Positions 1 to 13,180 of a DNA stretch of 64,000 nt are shown here, in pieces. The notes beneath the pieces are model-generated. The model saw only the letters and a list, made by a program, of their open reading frames with translations. It was not told where the DNA came from and made no database searches. A program made the position numbers and the translations under genes. Positions within the stretch are counted from its first letter, which is position 1, and each line of letters opens with the position of its first letter. This stretch comes from Vicugna vicugna (taxonomy: Eukaryota): positions 558,001-622,000 of the forward strand of contig MU058054.1 of assembly GCA_013265495.1 (NCBI GenBank). Direction: 5' to 3'.

Positions 1-137
1 ATGATTTTGACTTGATTTTGCCCTTCAGACAAAGGGCAGAGAAAGAGCCTTTATTTTGTCAACAGTAGTTGGCTCTGCCAACCTCAAGTCCATGCTCGGA
101 GTCTACTAACTCTGTGTGGTTTTGGGGATAAATCATC

Positions 138-577
138 TGTCTTAGTCTGCCCAGGCTGCTAGAACAAAATACCATAGACAGGGTGGCTTAACAACAATTT
201 ATTTTGCACATTTCTGGAGGCTGGGAAGTCCAAGGTCAAGGTGTTAGCTGATTCAGTTCCTGGGAATAGCTCTCTTCCTAGTTTGCAGACAGCAGTCTTT
301 TTGCTGTATCTTCAGATGGTGTGGAAAGAGAGAAAGAGAGAGACAGGGAGGGAGAGAGAGATTAACAGTGTGTGAGAGAGAGAGAGAGAGAGAGAGTGCA
401 CAAGCATTTTCTCTCTGGTCTCTTACAAGGGCACTCATCCCACCATGAGGAGCCCACCATTCTGACCTCATTTAAATGTAGTTACTTCCCAAAGTCCCCA
501 TCTTCATAAATCGTCACATCAAGGATGAAGAGTTTAACACATGGATTTTGGGAGGACACACTTCAGTCCACACCACC
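138..577 (-). mobile_element. MaLR (MLT1-type) solo LTR with an internal (GA)n tract
   Basis: Typical MLT1 text: tgtcttagtctg...aaaataccatagacagggtggctta...ctggaggctgggaagtccaaggtcaagg...ggaggacacacttcagtccac. Subfamily not determined. Confidence 0.8.
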
Positions 578-1660
578 ATCTGATTGTGACTATTAGCTAG
601 TATTTGGACAGACTAAACTGATCGCGTGCACACAGGCTCAGAATTTTGCACATCACAGTAACAGATGAAATGATGCTAGCAGGCAGGAACTTAGAATATA
701 AGTGATGAGCATAGATCCTTTAGGACCAGTGAAAGTTGATGCAACACATAAAACCACATTGAAGAACAAAGCATTATTATCATTATTACTGTTACTAGAG
801 GGACCAGGCATAGTTCAAGGAGAAAAATGTATTCAAAAAGTTTATTTTATCAAGCTTTTTGTCGGGTTTTCCACTGAAGAGAAAAATCACATGTGATTTC
901 TGATTGAATCCCTTGAGTTACGCGACCCATTCAAACATGATGAAGGCTTAGACTGGGAACCAGGTGCACACTCTGGTGATCAATACCAAGTGTTTGTCTC
1001 TGTTCAGCTGGTACTTTAAAAACCTTCCGACAGATCTTGCTCCTGTTTTCTAGAGTTTGCAGACTTGTAGTCAATTACACATGACTAGGTTTCCTGAACC
1101 AACATCTTTAAAGGACGTTTGGGAGCTTCAAAAGGTTAGTGATGGAACACCTGTCCCACTTTGGCGAAATGGGGAGGAGCAGGTGGCTCACATATACGCT
1201 GAGGTTTTCTTCTGCTTCTCCCTACACACACTGTCCTTCCTGGGGTCTCGGAACTTCTCTGACTTTAGAAACGTGGGCTTCCCAGGAATCCTTAGCCAGA
1301 CGCTGTATTTTCTGAAATATAGGTAGATTATATTCAGGATTTTTGGTTGTGATAGTCTCTGTTTCGGCTCCATTGTGATGGTACAGCTTCGCCTTCAACA
1401 CCGGAAAAGCCCTGTTGTCTTGTAAGCTTAGATTTGGAAATGGAAGCGAGTTAAAACAAGTCTACTATATTTCAAAGAAAAAGTTTCAAACTATTAAATT
1501 TAACTAACGGGTTCAGTGGGAACCTTAAAATATTGACCCTGCACATTGTAAAATATGTACTGCTTACAATGAAAAAAAAATGGTTTAGCACTTGTTTACA
1601 ATACAGCATGAGGTATTTTCAGCCCTTGTATAGAAATTAACCAGGATCGTTAGTTAATTA

Positions 1661-1948
<288 letters not shown>

Positions 1949-2719
1949 TCAACAAAAAGGATTTGTGTAATAAATATTTTTTATTAATCAACTTAGCAGA
2001 ATGTAGGAATAGGTTCAGTCATTCCTAGCAAAAGGCTACCACTGAGCCAGGACACTAGTATTAGCTCATGTTAAAAATTAAGTTAGTTTAGGAGAATTGT
2101 TGCTGCGTGTAATTCGTGCCTAACAATTCATCTGCCTACAGAGGCATTTGCACCTCAGTATTCTGGGAACTTTCATCTAGGGTTTATTTTCTATCATGCA
2201 GACAAGTGATTTCTGCTTCTTATGTGCCCCATCTATGTGCAGAAGAGAATGTGCCCCATTTGTGGACAGCTGTCTTTGTGACGCTGAACACGCACGTAAG
2301 GATTTCAGAGACAGCTTGCCAACGATCCTGCAGAATTAAACTGCGGTCAGTGAACGTTCCCAGACAACTAGATCATTCTAAGTTTTAACTTGGAAACAAA
2401 GCGCTAGGGTATTTCTCTAGCTATTTTTTCAGATTTTATCAAAGGGAAAAAAGAGATTAAGTGAGTGGATTAATTTTTTTAGATTTTTCTGCCCTGAGGG
2501 GGTAAACCTAAAGAGCTAGCTGCTCCTTAAGGCAGCTGCAGAGAACTTTGGGATTACTTCTTTCCCAGTTGTTACCTATAAAATAAGTCACCTTAGAGTC
2601 TAAGGCTTGGACCCGTTTGGAATGGCTGCCTTCCAGCCTGACTGGGTGTTCCCTTGGTTCGGGGTGGGAGGAGGCAGCGTCCCAGGCCCAAAGACAGGAG
2701 ACAGCATTCTGTGTCCTGC

Positions 2720-2825
2720 CACTGACTGTGTGACTTTGGGGAAGTTACTTAAGCTCTCTGGCTCGTCATTTCTTTTTCTCTGAAATGAAGGAGTTGGACT
2801 AGATAAGTGCTTCCAAACTTTTTGA
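2720..2825 (+). mobile_element. MIR SINE fragment
   Basis: MIR core ctgtgtgactttggggaagttacttaagctctctg...tctgaaatga. Confidence 0.7.
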
Positions 2826-2989
2826 GTTATAGTCGCAAAATCCAAGGACCCCCATCCCTACCCCTTATAGCTACTGAACATTAGTATCTCTTCCTTTAAT
2901 AGAAAAAGTAATAGCCAAAGTCACCTTTAGACTCATTCATTTTTAACAGTGATTTGTATTTTGTTGCCACAGGATCAGTATGTATTAGA

Positions 2990-3130
2990 CCCTGGGTGCT
3001 TCTGAAAAAATTCCTGGGCCCCATCCGGATCAATAAAATCAGAATTTCTGGGTTTGGGATTCTAGAATGTGTTGTTTCACCAAGCCCCCCCAAGGTGATT
3101 CTTACATATAGTAAAGATTGAGACACATGC
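2990..3130. mobile_element. MER5-like hAT-Charlie DNA transposon fragment
   Basis: attcctgggccccatcc...cagaatttctggg...aagccccccaaggtgattct...gattgagacac. Confidence 0.65.
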
Positions 3131-3142
3131 TTTGAAAAAAAT

Positions 3143-3192
3143 TGTGTGTGCATGTGTGTGTGTGTGTGTGTGCGCGTGTGTGTGTGTGTGTG
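3143..3192. repeat. Imperfect (TG)n microsatellite
   Basis: Directly visible alternating purine-pyrimidine tract. Confidence 0.95.
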
Positions 3193-4284
3193 ATGCTGGG
3201 TCCACACATGTATTCAAGCCCCTCTCGCCACCCCTCCTCAGCCTCCTCAGGTCCATGGTTCCCAGGTTGGGAACCAAAAAAACTGGATGGACTCTTAAGT
3301 CCCCTTCCCTATTAGTAATTCATTTGTAGACTTTCCTTCATTTTCCCTTCCTTGAAATTTCTCCTCAAATTTCACTATTTCCGGAAATATCCCAATATAA
3401 TGGAGTCAGTATGAAGTTATCCCAGCAAAGCCAGGCCACACAATTCTGGTCTGTAAGGTCATCCCTTCCTGGAGCCCTCACCCGACGTGGCCTGATTGCA
3501 ATAAAGCCAAACGAAGCCCAGCCATCTCATGAAGAGCCTCTCCTTAATCCCCCAGAGAAAATCAAGCAACACAAGAAAAGTTTATATTTGCTCACCTTTT
3601 CTCTTCAATATGCTGTAGATGTTAAAAGGATAAGTCAGGATAAGTTAGGATGACTTAAATGTACCAAATAACTACATTCCAACATATGAATAAAATGCAA
3701 TTCAAGGTTGTGGCTCCAAAGTTCTGAGTCCTAGATGGGGAGACAACTTTGCCAGCCCTCCAGAACACCCTGGAGAGACGTTTGCAGGAAGGAAGCACAG
3801 AGAAGCCTCCTGAGTGGTGCAACAGGACTCTTCCCAACGTAAATGTGTCTAGAGGAGCCTGTGTCAGGGCTGGAACGGGATGTGAGGAGGGGCTCCAGAC
3901 CCGGCCTTTTTGGGGAGCATCTTGCCAAGTCACCAGAGCATTTTTCTAAGCAAGCCAGAATGACAGCTGCCTGCAGTCAGGGCATCTGAGCTGGTTCCTC
4001 ACCAGACAGACTTGCTGTGCCTTGTAGGTGTTTGTTTTTAAGTGTAATATGTTGTTCAAACTAGCCCCTTACCCATCAATTTTGGAGAATTAATCAGCTT
4101 ACTTATGAACCCCCACTGCCACACCTAAAGTCAATTTATGAAATACTTGAAGATCTGAACAAAACAAGATAGACTTCCAATAAATCAGCATGCTGATTAA
4201 AATGCATGAGAAGCGGCATTCCTGTTGGTTGTCACGGTCTGTTTTCTTAGCTTATTACATCTCATAGACACACTTCATACTCAC

Positions 4285-4346
4285 AGCATTCCCAACTTGT
4301 CTCTCTTCAGGTGTTCATAAAATATAAAGACAGTTCCTTGTCTGTC
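4285..4346 (-). CDS. IQCH: IQCH internal coding exon (62 nt, phase 0 to 2): DRQGTVFIFYEHLKRDKLGM(L)
   Basis: Acceptor AAATTTTATAG|GAC, donor GCT|GTGAGT. CT plus the first A of the next exon gives Leu. Absent from the ORF track. Confidence 0.88.
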
Positions 4347-4525
4347 CTATAAAATTTGAACGGGAAGAAAAGAAATAGCATGTTATATTGGAAAGAAAGG
4401 AAAGAAAACACACTAAGACCACTTGGACTGATCTGAATTGAAATCTAGAGCTCTGCAAATACTGTGAGAGGCGTATTTGGGAAGGCTGTCTCCAGAATGT
4501 GGAGGAGACATGTCCTAGGACAGTG

Positions 4526-6076
4526 TTTTTTTTTAATTGAGATGATAATAGATTATAATTTACATATAACATTGTGTAAGTTTCCCATGTACAGCATGTT
4601 GATTTGATGTATTTGTTTATTGCAATATGATTGACCACTGTAGCTTTAGCCAAAATCTCTATCTCATCATATAATTATTATCTCTTTTTTGTGGTGAGAA
4701 CATTTAAAATCTAGTCTCATAGTGGGTTTGAAGTATGTAGTACAACGATGCTGAGTATAATCACTTGCTGTGCATTAGATCCCTGTACCCTTTAACCAAC
4801 GTCTTCCCAATTCCCACCCTCACCCCCACCCTGGGTAACTCCCATTCTACACTCTGTTTCTATGAGTTTGACTTTTTTAGGCTCCACATATAAGTTACAT
4901 TGTACAATGTTTGTTTTTGTCTGGCTTATCTCCCCCAGCATAATGCATTCAGATTCTATCCATGTTGTTAGAAACGGCAGGATTTCCTTCTTTCTCATGG
5001 GTGAATGATATTCCATTCTATGTATATACACCACATCTTTGTATTGAGATATAGTTGATGTACTATGTTACATAAGTTATAGGTGTACAATGTAGTGATT
5101 CATAATTTTTAAAGGTTATACTCCATTTATAGTTACCATAAAATTTGACTGATTCCCTGTACTATATACTATATCCTTGTTGTTTATTGATTTTATACAT
5201 GATAGGTTGTACCTCTTAATCCCCTATACCTATCTTGCCCCTCCCCTTTCCCTCTCCCCACTGGTAACCACTAGTTTGCTCTCTCTGAGTCTGTTTCTTT
5301 TTTGTTATATTCACTAGTTTGTTTTATTTTTTAGATTCCACATGTAAGTGATAACAAACAGTATTTGTCTTTCTCTGTCTGACTTATTTCACTAAGCATA
5401 ATACCCTCCAAGTCCATCCATGTTGTTGCAAATGGCAAATTTTCATTCTTTTTAATGGCTGAGTAGTATTCCATTATATACATATGCAGTATATCTTCTT
5501 TATTCATTCATCTGTTGATGGACACTTAGGTTGTTTCCCTAACTTGGCTGTTACAAATAATGCAACTATGAACATTGGAGTGCATGTATCTTTTTGAATT
5601 AGTGTTTTTTTTTTTTTCAGATATATACCCAGGAGTAGAATTGCTGGATCACATAGTAGTTCTATTTTTAGCTTTTGAGGACCCTCCATACTATTTTCCA
5701 TAGTGGTTGTACCAATTTACATTCCCACCAGTAGTGTTCAAGGGTTCCCTTTTCTCCACAACCTCACCGACATTTGTTATTTGTGGTTCTTTTGATAGGT
5801 GAGAGGTATATCTCATTGTGATTTTGATTGGCATTTCTCTGATGATTAACGATGTTGACCATCTTTTCATGTGCCTATTGGCCATCTGGATGTGTTCTTT
5901 AGAAAAATACCTTCTGCCCATTTTTTGAGGTTGGGTTGTATGAGCTGTTCATCATATTTTGGATGTTAACCCATTATTGGTGATATCATTGGCAAATATT
6001 TTCTCCCAATCAGTAGGTTGTCTTTTTGTTTTGTCCATGGTTTCCTTTGCTGTGCTAAAGCTTTTAAGTTAATTAG
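4526..6076 (-). mobile_element. Two adjacent or nested L1 3' fragments (about 4526-5041 and 5043-6076)
   Basis: Poly-T start, two separate L1 3'UTR ends, and decayed ORF2 C-terminal peptides (CTPMFIVALF...[31 protein letters not shown]). Confidence 0.9.
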
Positions 6077-6134
6077 GTTCGTTCGTTCGTTCGTTCTTTC
6101 TTCTTTCTTTCTTTTTTTGCTATTGTTTCCTTTG

Positions 6135-6198
6135 GGAATCTGCCTTTTAGCTCACTTCCTGGGTGATCCTCATGCATATCAAAATTTGAAAACCACTG
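6135..6198. mobile_element. MER5-like right end
   Basis: gaatctgccttt...gggtgatcctcatgca...tttgaaaaccactg followed by ttctaaga. Confidence 0.65.
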
Positions 6199-6939
6199 TT
6201 CTAAGAGGAATGGGTAAAAAAAAATAAGGAAAATAAAGAAGCAGTTTATTGTGTGGAAGATAATTTGTACTTCAAAGGAAAACTGTATATTGTCTATAGG
6301 ACACCCTATTGCCTTGATTCTGGGGAAGATATTTTTAAACTCTGTTAAGTTGTAGGTGACTGAGAGATGAGCAAATTCTGTGCAGTCTGATAGAGGTTCA
6401 GTTGATTTTCCTCTCTTGCTCTCCTTATGGAAAAACCAGTTTTGCCTCTGTTTGCATATTCATTTCAATGTTCATGATCTATAGATGTCTATTTTTGGAT
6501 TCTTTTTATATTGGTTATAACATTTGCCTAATTCTCTCTTGAATAAAATCTTTATCACGTGTTTAGTTTTGTATTTGTATGAGAGGTGTGATTTTATCCT
6601 TTTTTGAAAATTATTTAACACTAGAGTTGTCTGGTAGGGGAAATGGCTGTCCTGTGAAGCTGTGACCTCCTCATCACTGGAAGTACCAAAAAGAAAATTA
6701 CATTTTGGGGATTTGGTAGAAGATACCACATGCCAGGATTATGACTGCTCATTGGCTCCCCATTTTATCAAGAAGCCTGGGCATTGGAACAGACATTGGA
6801 CTCAGTTGCCTCAACCTAATCACAGCCCCTCCTGACCATCTGTACTTTGTAAAGGCCCTCACTCAGGCCGTTCTAATGGGCAGCCAGGGTTGAGGACTAT
6901 TGACTAGTTGATCTATAAGGTATCTTGCATCCTTTATAC

Positions 6940-7102
6940 TATGCTGTCCAGTATGGTAGCCACTGGCCACATGGGGCTACTGGGAACTTGAAATATTAGT
7001 CATTGAAGTTGAGATGCACTGTAGCTTTCAAAGACTTAATACAAAAACATAAAATACCTCATCAATAATTATTACACTTATTTCAAGTTGAAATGATAAT
7101 AT
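6940..7102. mobile_element. MER3/MER33-like hAT-Charlie MITE fragment
   Basis: gctgtccagtatggtagccactggccacatgggg...acttgaaat...gttgaaatgataatattt. Confidence 0.7.
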
Positions 7103-7156
7103 TTGTTTTCTGTTTGGGAAACATCCTTTTCTTGATACTATTTTCTGAATCAATCA

Positions 7157-7505
7157 TGTAGGCTAGGTTATGCTGCAGTAATTAAAAAACAATTCTTCGT
7201 TTTTATAGCAAAAAAAGTTGGTTCATGCTCGTACTTCATTTCACTGTGGTCACACTCAGGGCTGAAGGAGGCTCCGTCTCTGCTTCCAGGATTTCTGAAG
7301 CAGGAAAAAGGATATGGTGACTCATGGAGTGGCTCTTAAAGGCTTCTGCATAGAAAGGACATACAGCACTTCTGTTTATATTTCACTGGCCAAAACAAGT
7401 TACGTGGCCATGCTGACTTCAGGGAGAGGGCAGAGGAAGTACAATTCTGCTGTGCGCCTGGAAGGAGGAGAATCTGAACATTCTGAATAGCCCTCATGAT
7501 TGCCA
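7157..7505. mobile_element. Old MaLR (MLT1-type) LTR
   Basis: ggctaggttatgctgcagtaa...tggctcttaaaggcttctgc...cacttctg...ttcactggccaaaacaagttacgtggccatgctgacttca. Confidence 0.7.
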
Positions 7506-8379
7506 CCATGGCAATTCCTTGGCCTGAGGAAGTGAGAACTGGCAGTGGTGGAGCTATTTAGGACCGTGGCACATTGCCTGTGTACGTGTGAGACCAGCCC
7601 TGCCACACTGTCGCAGGCAGTAAACATGACACTTTTCTCCATATGGCTTTCATTACAAGTTCATTTCATTAGGAAATCAGTGGGGGTACTTTGTAGCATT
7701 ACAGAAATACCAGGAATGAGACCCACCGAGTTGGTTACAAACTCAGCAATGCTTCCTTCCAATATTCAGCAAGGAAAAATAAACTCATAGGGTGATCTCA
7801 TTTCCCTTTTACACCCCTGAGATTTTCAACAAGAAACATCATGTGAAATTCTGTGCTGATAATGGCAAGAAAAACAATGTTGAGAATAAGGGCTTTTGAG
7901 GATTCTTTTTTTGGTGGCAATGACAATAAGATATTGTTAATATTGCTGCTTTTTCTGGAAAGAGCACCTACATTAAATTCGACCAAGAGTGGGAGCAGGT
8001 GGCAGAAGTTACATTGGAATTAGGGTAAGTGATCTTCTTTTTAAACTCAGCATAACTCAAGAAGGCAGTAAAATTTTGGGCGGTTAATTGTTAAACACAT
8101 TTTTTTTTCTTTTTAAGGCGTAATAGGTCATGGGGGTTACAGAGAAGTTCATGCTTCTTCAGCTGAAGAATATGTAAGAAGTACCTAGATGGAATATTTC
8201 TTTTGAAATGGATCCCAGAATTCTTGGATTGGATTGGCAGTAAGATTTTAGAAACACATATAGTCAGTCTGAAACAGTCCTTAGGGGAAGAAGGTGCATA
8301 GGAGATGTCCTAGTGTAAGAGAAAGAGTCAATCATGTTTGACTTATGGACAGTTATGGTGTCAGGCTTTCCATAAAATG

Positions 8380-8552
8380 TCTGGCTGTGTGATCTTGGGA
8401 AAGTGCTTAAACTCTTTAAGTCTAAATTCCTCACCATGATGTGGAAGAGATAATAACTTTTTACAGAAGAGATATGAAGATTAAAGAGATAATAAAGTAA
8501 TAGTGCGTAGCTCAGTGCCAGCACATAGTAGGTGCTCTGTAAATGCTGGTTC
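8380..8552 (+). mobile_element. MIR SINE
   Basis: gctgtgtgatcttgggaaagtgcttaaactct...cagtgccagcacatagtaggtgctc. Confidence 0.75.
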
Positions 8553-9448
8553 ATTGCCTGCCTCTCCAAGAAAAGGCAGAGGAGAGAACAAGTGGAGAGT
8601 TCTGACCAGGGATGGACTCCAGGGTCTAAAAAGGTGAGAACCCATCTCTGGAAAAATAGAGTAAGGGCATTGTTAGAGAATTTCCAGATTTTCCAAGTAG
8701 TCACATGACTCCTTCTTCTTACCTCAGATTTTTGTGACTCCATTTCTCTTTTCTTGTACTATTGTTTATTATTTGTTCTTTTTGTTTCTATTTATCCCCT
8801 CCTATCTTTTTTTTGTAGATTGTTCCATTCTCTGGATTTTGTCCTATTTTCTGTTGTTATCTTTTTCTCCTTCACATTGTTCCATCACTCCATCACCCCC
8901 AATCTATATTTCTCTTTCTCTCCCATTTCAACTTTCATCTTTTATTTGTTGTTTAGCACAGGTGACCTGGAGGCAGAGTCTACAGAATTTACAGTATGTG
9001 TTCGGCGCCTCTCCGCCCTTTCTTTGTTCTTCTGACCCTCAGAACCCCTTCCTCTGCACCATCCACTGTTTCCCTAGGGCCACAGCGGTCTGTTTTCCGT
9101 ACTAAAATTTGTTCTTAGGAATGAGTCTGATCAACTCTGAGCCACAAAGTTGTAAATAACCTACAAAGTTTGGTGCTTTCCTTTTCCCAGGAGTGCTAGA
9201 ACTTCAATCACGTACAAAGCCTTTAGTCAAAGAAACAAATCCCTGATAATAATTTTGGGCAATAGAAAGTTACGGTGTACGTTTTCTTTTCAGTAGGACA
9301 CATCCCCTGCCAAATATGCCCACTCACAGAGCTTGTCCTGCTTTGATATTTTAGAAGAAAATAAAATAAATTGATTCAGGTAAATCTAGAGTTAGATTTA
9401 GCCACCTTCGGGCACATGGAAGTGTAATCAGTTTGGGGCTAAAAACCA

Positions 9449-9660
9449 CAGTTGACCATTGAACAACATGGGTTTGAACTGCGTGGGTCCACTTATATGC
9501 GAATTTTTTCCAACAGTAAATAGTGCACTGCTACACATCTGTGGTTGGTTGAATCCTTGGATGCTAACCTGCTGATAAGAGGGCCAACTATGAAGTTATA
9601 CTTGGATTTTTGATTGGAGGGTTGCAGTCTCTAACCTTGTCATTGTTCAAGGGTCAGCTG
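9449..9660. mobile_element. TcMar-Tigger (Tigger2-like) MITE, complete with terminal inverted repeats
   Basis: Left end cagttgaccattgaacaa and right end ttgttcaagggtcagctg are near reverse complements; TA follows on the right. Confidence 0.85.
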
Positions 9661-10110
9661 TATTTAATTTCAAAGAGACTGTGTTGAGCAGATGCAACAA
9701 TGAATTTCAGATAAATCAGTTCAATCTGGCCTTTTCAGTCCTTCTATATTTTATCAATTTTAATGTAATTTGTGAGGGAATATGAGCTTCATCGTATATG
9801 TTTGCAAACAGCATGAATTAGTGTAATCAAAAGGCTTTATGCACCCTGACAGCACCCTGCAGTGCAGTGGGGATTGCCAAGTGTCAGCCAGGCCATCCTA
9901 TTCAGTGTTGGCCGTGTGCCTAAGGTTCGTATGCTTTTCAAGAGCCTATAACAAGATCTAAACCCTGAAAATTGTATTTGTTCTCAAGTGTGAAAAATAA
10001 AAATCAATATAGAACTAAGTACAAAACAAAATATTTGATCAGTTGGTTATTGCCCAATTATTTGTCATTATCTGTGAATTACACTTAATGTGACAGGTGA
10101 ATATATTTTA

Positions 10111-11333
10111 TTATTTTTAAAAATTTGAAGTACCATCAGTACAATGTGCCAATTTCTGGTGTACAGTACAATGTCCCAGTCATGCATGTACATACATATA
10201 TTCATTTTCATATTTTTTTTCATTAAAGATTATTACAAGATATTGAACATAGTTCCCTGTGCTATACAGCAGAAACTTTTTAAAATCTATTTTTATATAT
10301 AGTGGCTAACATTTGCAAATCTCAAACTACTAAATTTATCCCTTCCCACTCCCTTTCCCTGGTAACCATAAGATTGTTAACTATGTCTGTAAGTCTGTTT
10401 CTGTTTTGTAGATGAGTTCATTAGTGTCCTCTTTTCTTCTTTTTTTTTAGATTCCACATATGAATAATATCATATGGTATTTTTCTTTCTCTTTCTGGCT
10501 TACTTCATTTAGAATAATGATTTCTAGGTCCATCCACGTTGCTGCAAGTGTCATTGTTTTATTCTTTTTTATGGCTGAGTAGTATTCCATTGAAGTAGTA
10601 TTCTATAAATATACCACTACTTCTTTATCCAGTCATCTGTCAATGGACGTTTAGGTTGCTTCCATGTCTTGACTATTGTATACAGTGCTGCTATGAACAT
10701 TGGGGTGCTGATTTTTTTTGAATTAGGGTTCTCTCCAGATATATACCCAGAAGTGGGATTGCTGAATCATATGGTAAGTCAATTTTCAGTTTTTTGAGGA
10801 ACCTCCATACTGTTTTCCATAATGGCTGCACCAAACTACATTCTCACCAGCAGTGTAGGGGGGTTTCCTTTTCTTCACACCCTCTCCAGCATTTATTGTT
10901 CATGGACTTTTGAATGATGGGCATTCTGACTGGTGTGAGGTGATACCTCATTGCAGTTTTGATTTGCATTTCTCTGATAATTAATGATACGGAGCATTTT
11001 TCATGTGACATTGGCCATTTGTATGTCTTCATTAGAGAATTGCTTCTTTAGGTCTTCTGCCCATTTTTGGGTTGGTTGGTTGTTTCTTTGTTATTAAGTT
11101 GTATGAGCTGTTTATATATTCTGGAAATTAAGCCTTTGTTAGTCGCATCATTTGCAAATACTTTCTCCCATCCCGTAGGTTGTTGTTTTGTTTTGCTTAT
11201 GGTTTCCTTTGCTGTGCAAATGATTATAAGTTTAATTAGGTCTCATTTGTTTATTTTTGCTCTTATTTCTATTCCCTGGGTAGACTGCCCTAGGAGAACA
11301 TTACTAAGATTAATGTCAGAATGTGTTGCCTGC
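10111..11333 (-). mobile_element. 5'-truncated L1 (ORF2 C-terminus plus 3'UTR) with 15-bp TSD
   Basis: TSD ggtgaatatatttta (10096-10110) / ggttaatatatttta (11334-11348). Peptide [22 protein letters not shown]. Confidence 0.92.
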
Positions 11334-11678
11334 GGTTAATATATTTTAATATATTTGATGTGATGCTGGAGGGGTCTTCCACAAGTAAGAGTGCATGGGT
11401 TCACTCAAGTCTTAGAATAGCCCTCAATGTCAGAGGCTTGATGATCTGAATCGAAGGGCAAAACCCTGAAACTAATTCTCAGAGTAATATGAGTCTTTTG
11501 GCATGAAATAGAGGTACTAATTTAGGTAGTACCCATCCCACTCGCCTCCGTCTAGCTCCATTAAGGATGAGAAAGCTGGGCAGGGCTTCTTATTCAGTAT
11601 CACTGGAAATAGACCAAAACGGAAGAAACTTTTTTTTTTTATCAGAACTCCTCCTAGAAAGAAATGTAGGTAGGAGAA

Positions 11679-12048
11679 TGCCATGGACCGAATTTCATGT
11701 CCCCTGAAAATTCATACGTTGAAGCCCTAATCTCCCATATGAATGCATAGGAAACAGGGACTTGGTTAAGGAAATGGTTAAGGTTAAATGAGGTGATAAG
11801 GGTGGAGCCCTGTTCAGATAGAACTGGTGTCTTTCTAGAAGAGGTTAGAGACAGAGCTTGCTCTCTCTCTCTCTGCCATATTAAGACCCAAGTGATTCTG
11901 CAAGTCAGGAAGAGTCCTCATCAGGAACTGAATTGACCAGCAACTTCACCTTGGATTACCCAGCCCCCAGAACTGTGAGAAATAAATTTCAGTCGTTTAA
12001 ACCATCTACTGTATGGCGTTTTGTTACAGCGGCCCAAGCAGACTAAGA
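11679..12048 (+). mobile_element. MaLR (MLT1A-like) solo LTR
   Basis: tgccatggaccgaat...gttgaagcccta...aaggttaaatgaggtgataagggtgg...ccagaactgtgagaaataaattt...agcagactaaga. Confidence 0.85.
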
Positions 12049-12403
12049 GAATGTTCCTTAGTGAGCAGCTTTGGGTGGGGTCAGAAAGCTCAGGACATGC
12101 TTCAAGATGAAGAGATGGTCCCCTGAATTACTCCTAATTCTGGTGAGCTACAGGGCTTTTGCTTTCCTAAGGTGGGTGTACAAGTTCGGGGACAGAGCTC
12201 AACCTCCCAGGACCGAGTTCTTCTACCTCTTGTGCAGTGGCCTTTCTGCCCTTCCCCAGGCAGCACTCATCAGACTTCCTCTAAATATGGGTCCAGCCAG
12301 TCTTTAAAGCACATCTGTGTGAATGGGCACCAGATCATTAGCTGCCTAGATGACCCGCAGGCCTGCGTTTGCTCCAGCTCTGGCCAGCTGTGACCCTCCA
12401 TAC

Positions 12404-12526
12404 CTCGATGTTGTAGCCGATGCCATGGGCCTTACACATCTGGAGAAAAACATAGTGGAAAACCAGCGAGAGATTGCTGTGCTTCAGCTGGGTGGTCATC
12501 ACTGCATAGCGACTGGTTGCCAGCGA
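12404..12526 (-). CDS. IQCH: IQCH internal coding exon (123 nt, phase 0 to 0): [41 protein letters not shown]
   Basis: Acceptor GATCTTTTCCAG|TCG, donor GAG|GTATGG. Absent from the ORF track; translated by hand from the reverse complement. Confidence 0.9.
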
Positions 12527-12574
12527 CTGGAAAAGATCACAGCTGAATGTCAGAATCTTTACAAAATATTTAAA

Positions 12575-13180
12575 TAAACTTTAAATTTTAGAATTGTGGA
12601 TTAACGGAAAAGTTGCAAAGATAATACAGAGAGTTCCTATATACCCAGTTCCCCTACTGTTAACATCTCACACAGATGTGGCACATTTGTCACAGCTCAG
12701 GAGCCACATCGCACATTACAATTAAGTCCATACTTTGTTTGAATTTCATCAGTTTTTCTCTAATTCACATTTTCTGTTCCAAGATCCCCTCCAGGACACC
12801 ACATAGTATTTAGTTGTCATGTCTCCTTAGGTTCTTCTAGGCCGTGATAGTTTCTCAGTCTCACCTTGTTTCTGATGATCTTGACAGCTTTGACAGGTAC
12901 TGATCAAGTGTTTTGTAGACTGCTTGTCAGTTTGGGTTTGTCTGACGTGTTTCTCGTGATTAGATGGGGGTTGTGGTTTGGGAGAGGGGGGCTGCGCAGG
13001 TAAACTGCCACTTTAATCACTTTGTATCAAGGGTACATGTGTCAACATGACTCATCACTGATGATGCCAGCCTTGGTCACCTGGCTAAGGGAGGTTTGCC
13101 AGGTTTTTTTGCTCTAAAGATCCTCTCCCCTTTTCCATACTGTACTCTTTGGCGGTGAATCACCGCACGTACTCCACCTC
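12575..13180 (-). mobile_element. Old L1 (L1MC-like) 3' region
   Basis: gaaaagttgcaaagataatacagagagttcc...ttctgttccaagatccc...tttagttgtcatgtctccttagg. Begins about 50 bp from an IQCH acceptor. Confidence 0.7.

Noticed and set aside
8264..9105. 159-aa and 123-aa hydrophobic ORFs
   Set aside because: They derive from a MIR and a pyrimidine-rich low-complexity tract, with no splice or homology support.
12350..12577. Plus-strand 75-aa ORF (and similarly 1712..1924, 43550..43816, 21125..21409)
   Set aside because: These are antisense shadows of IQCH exons.
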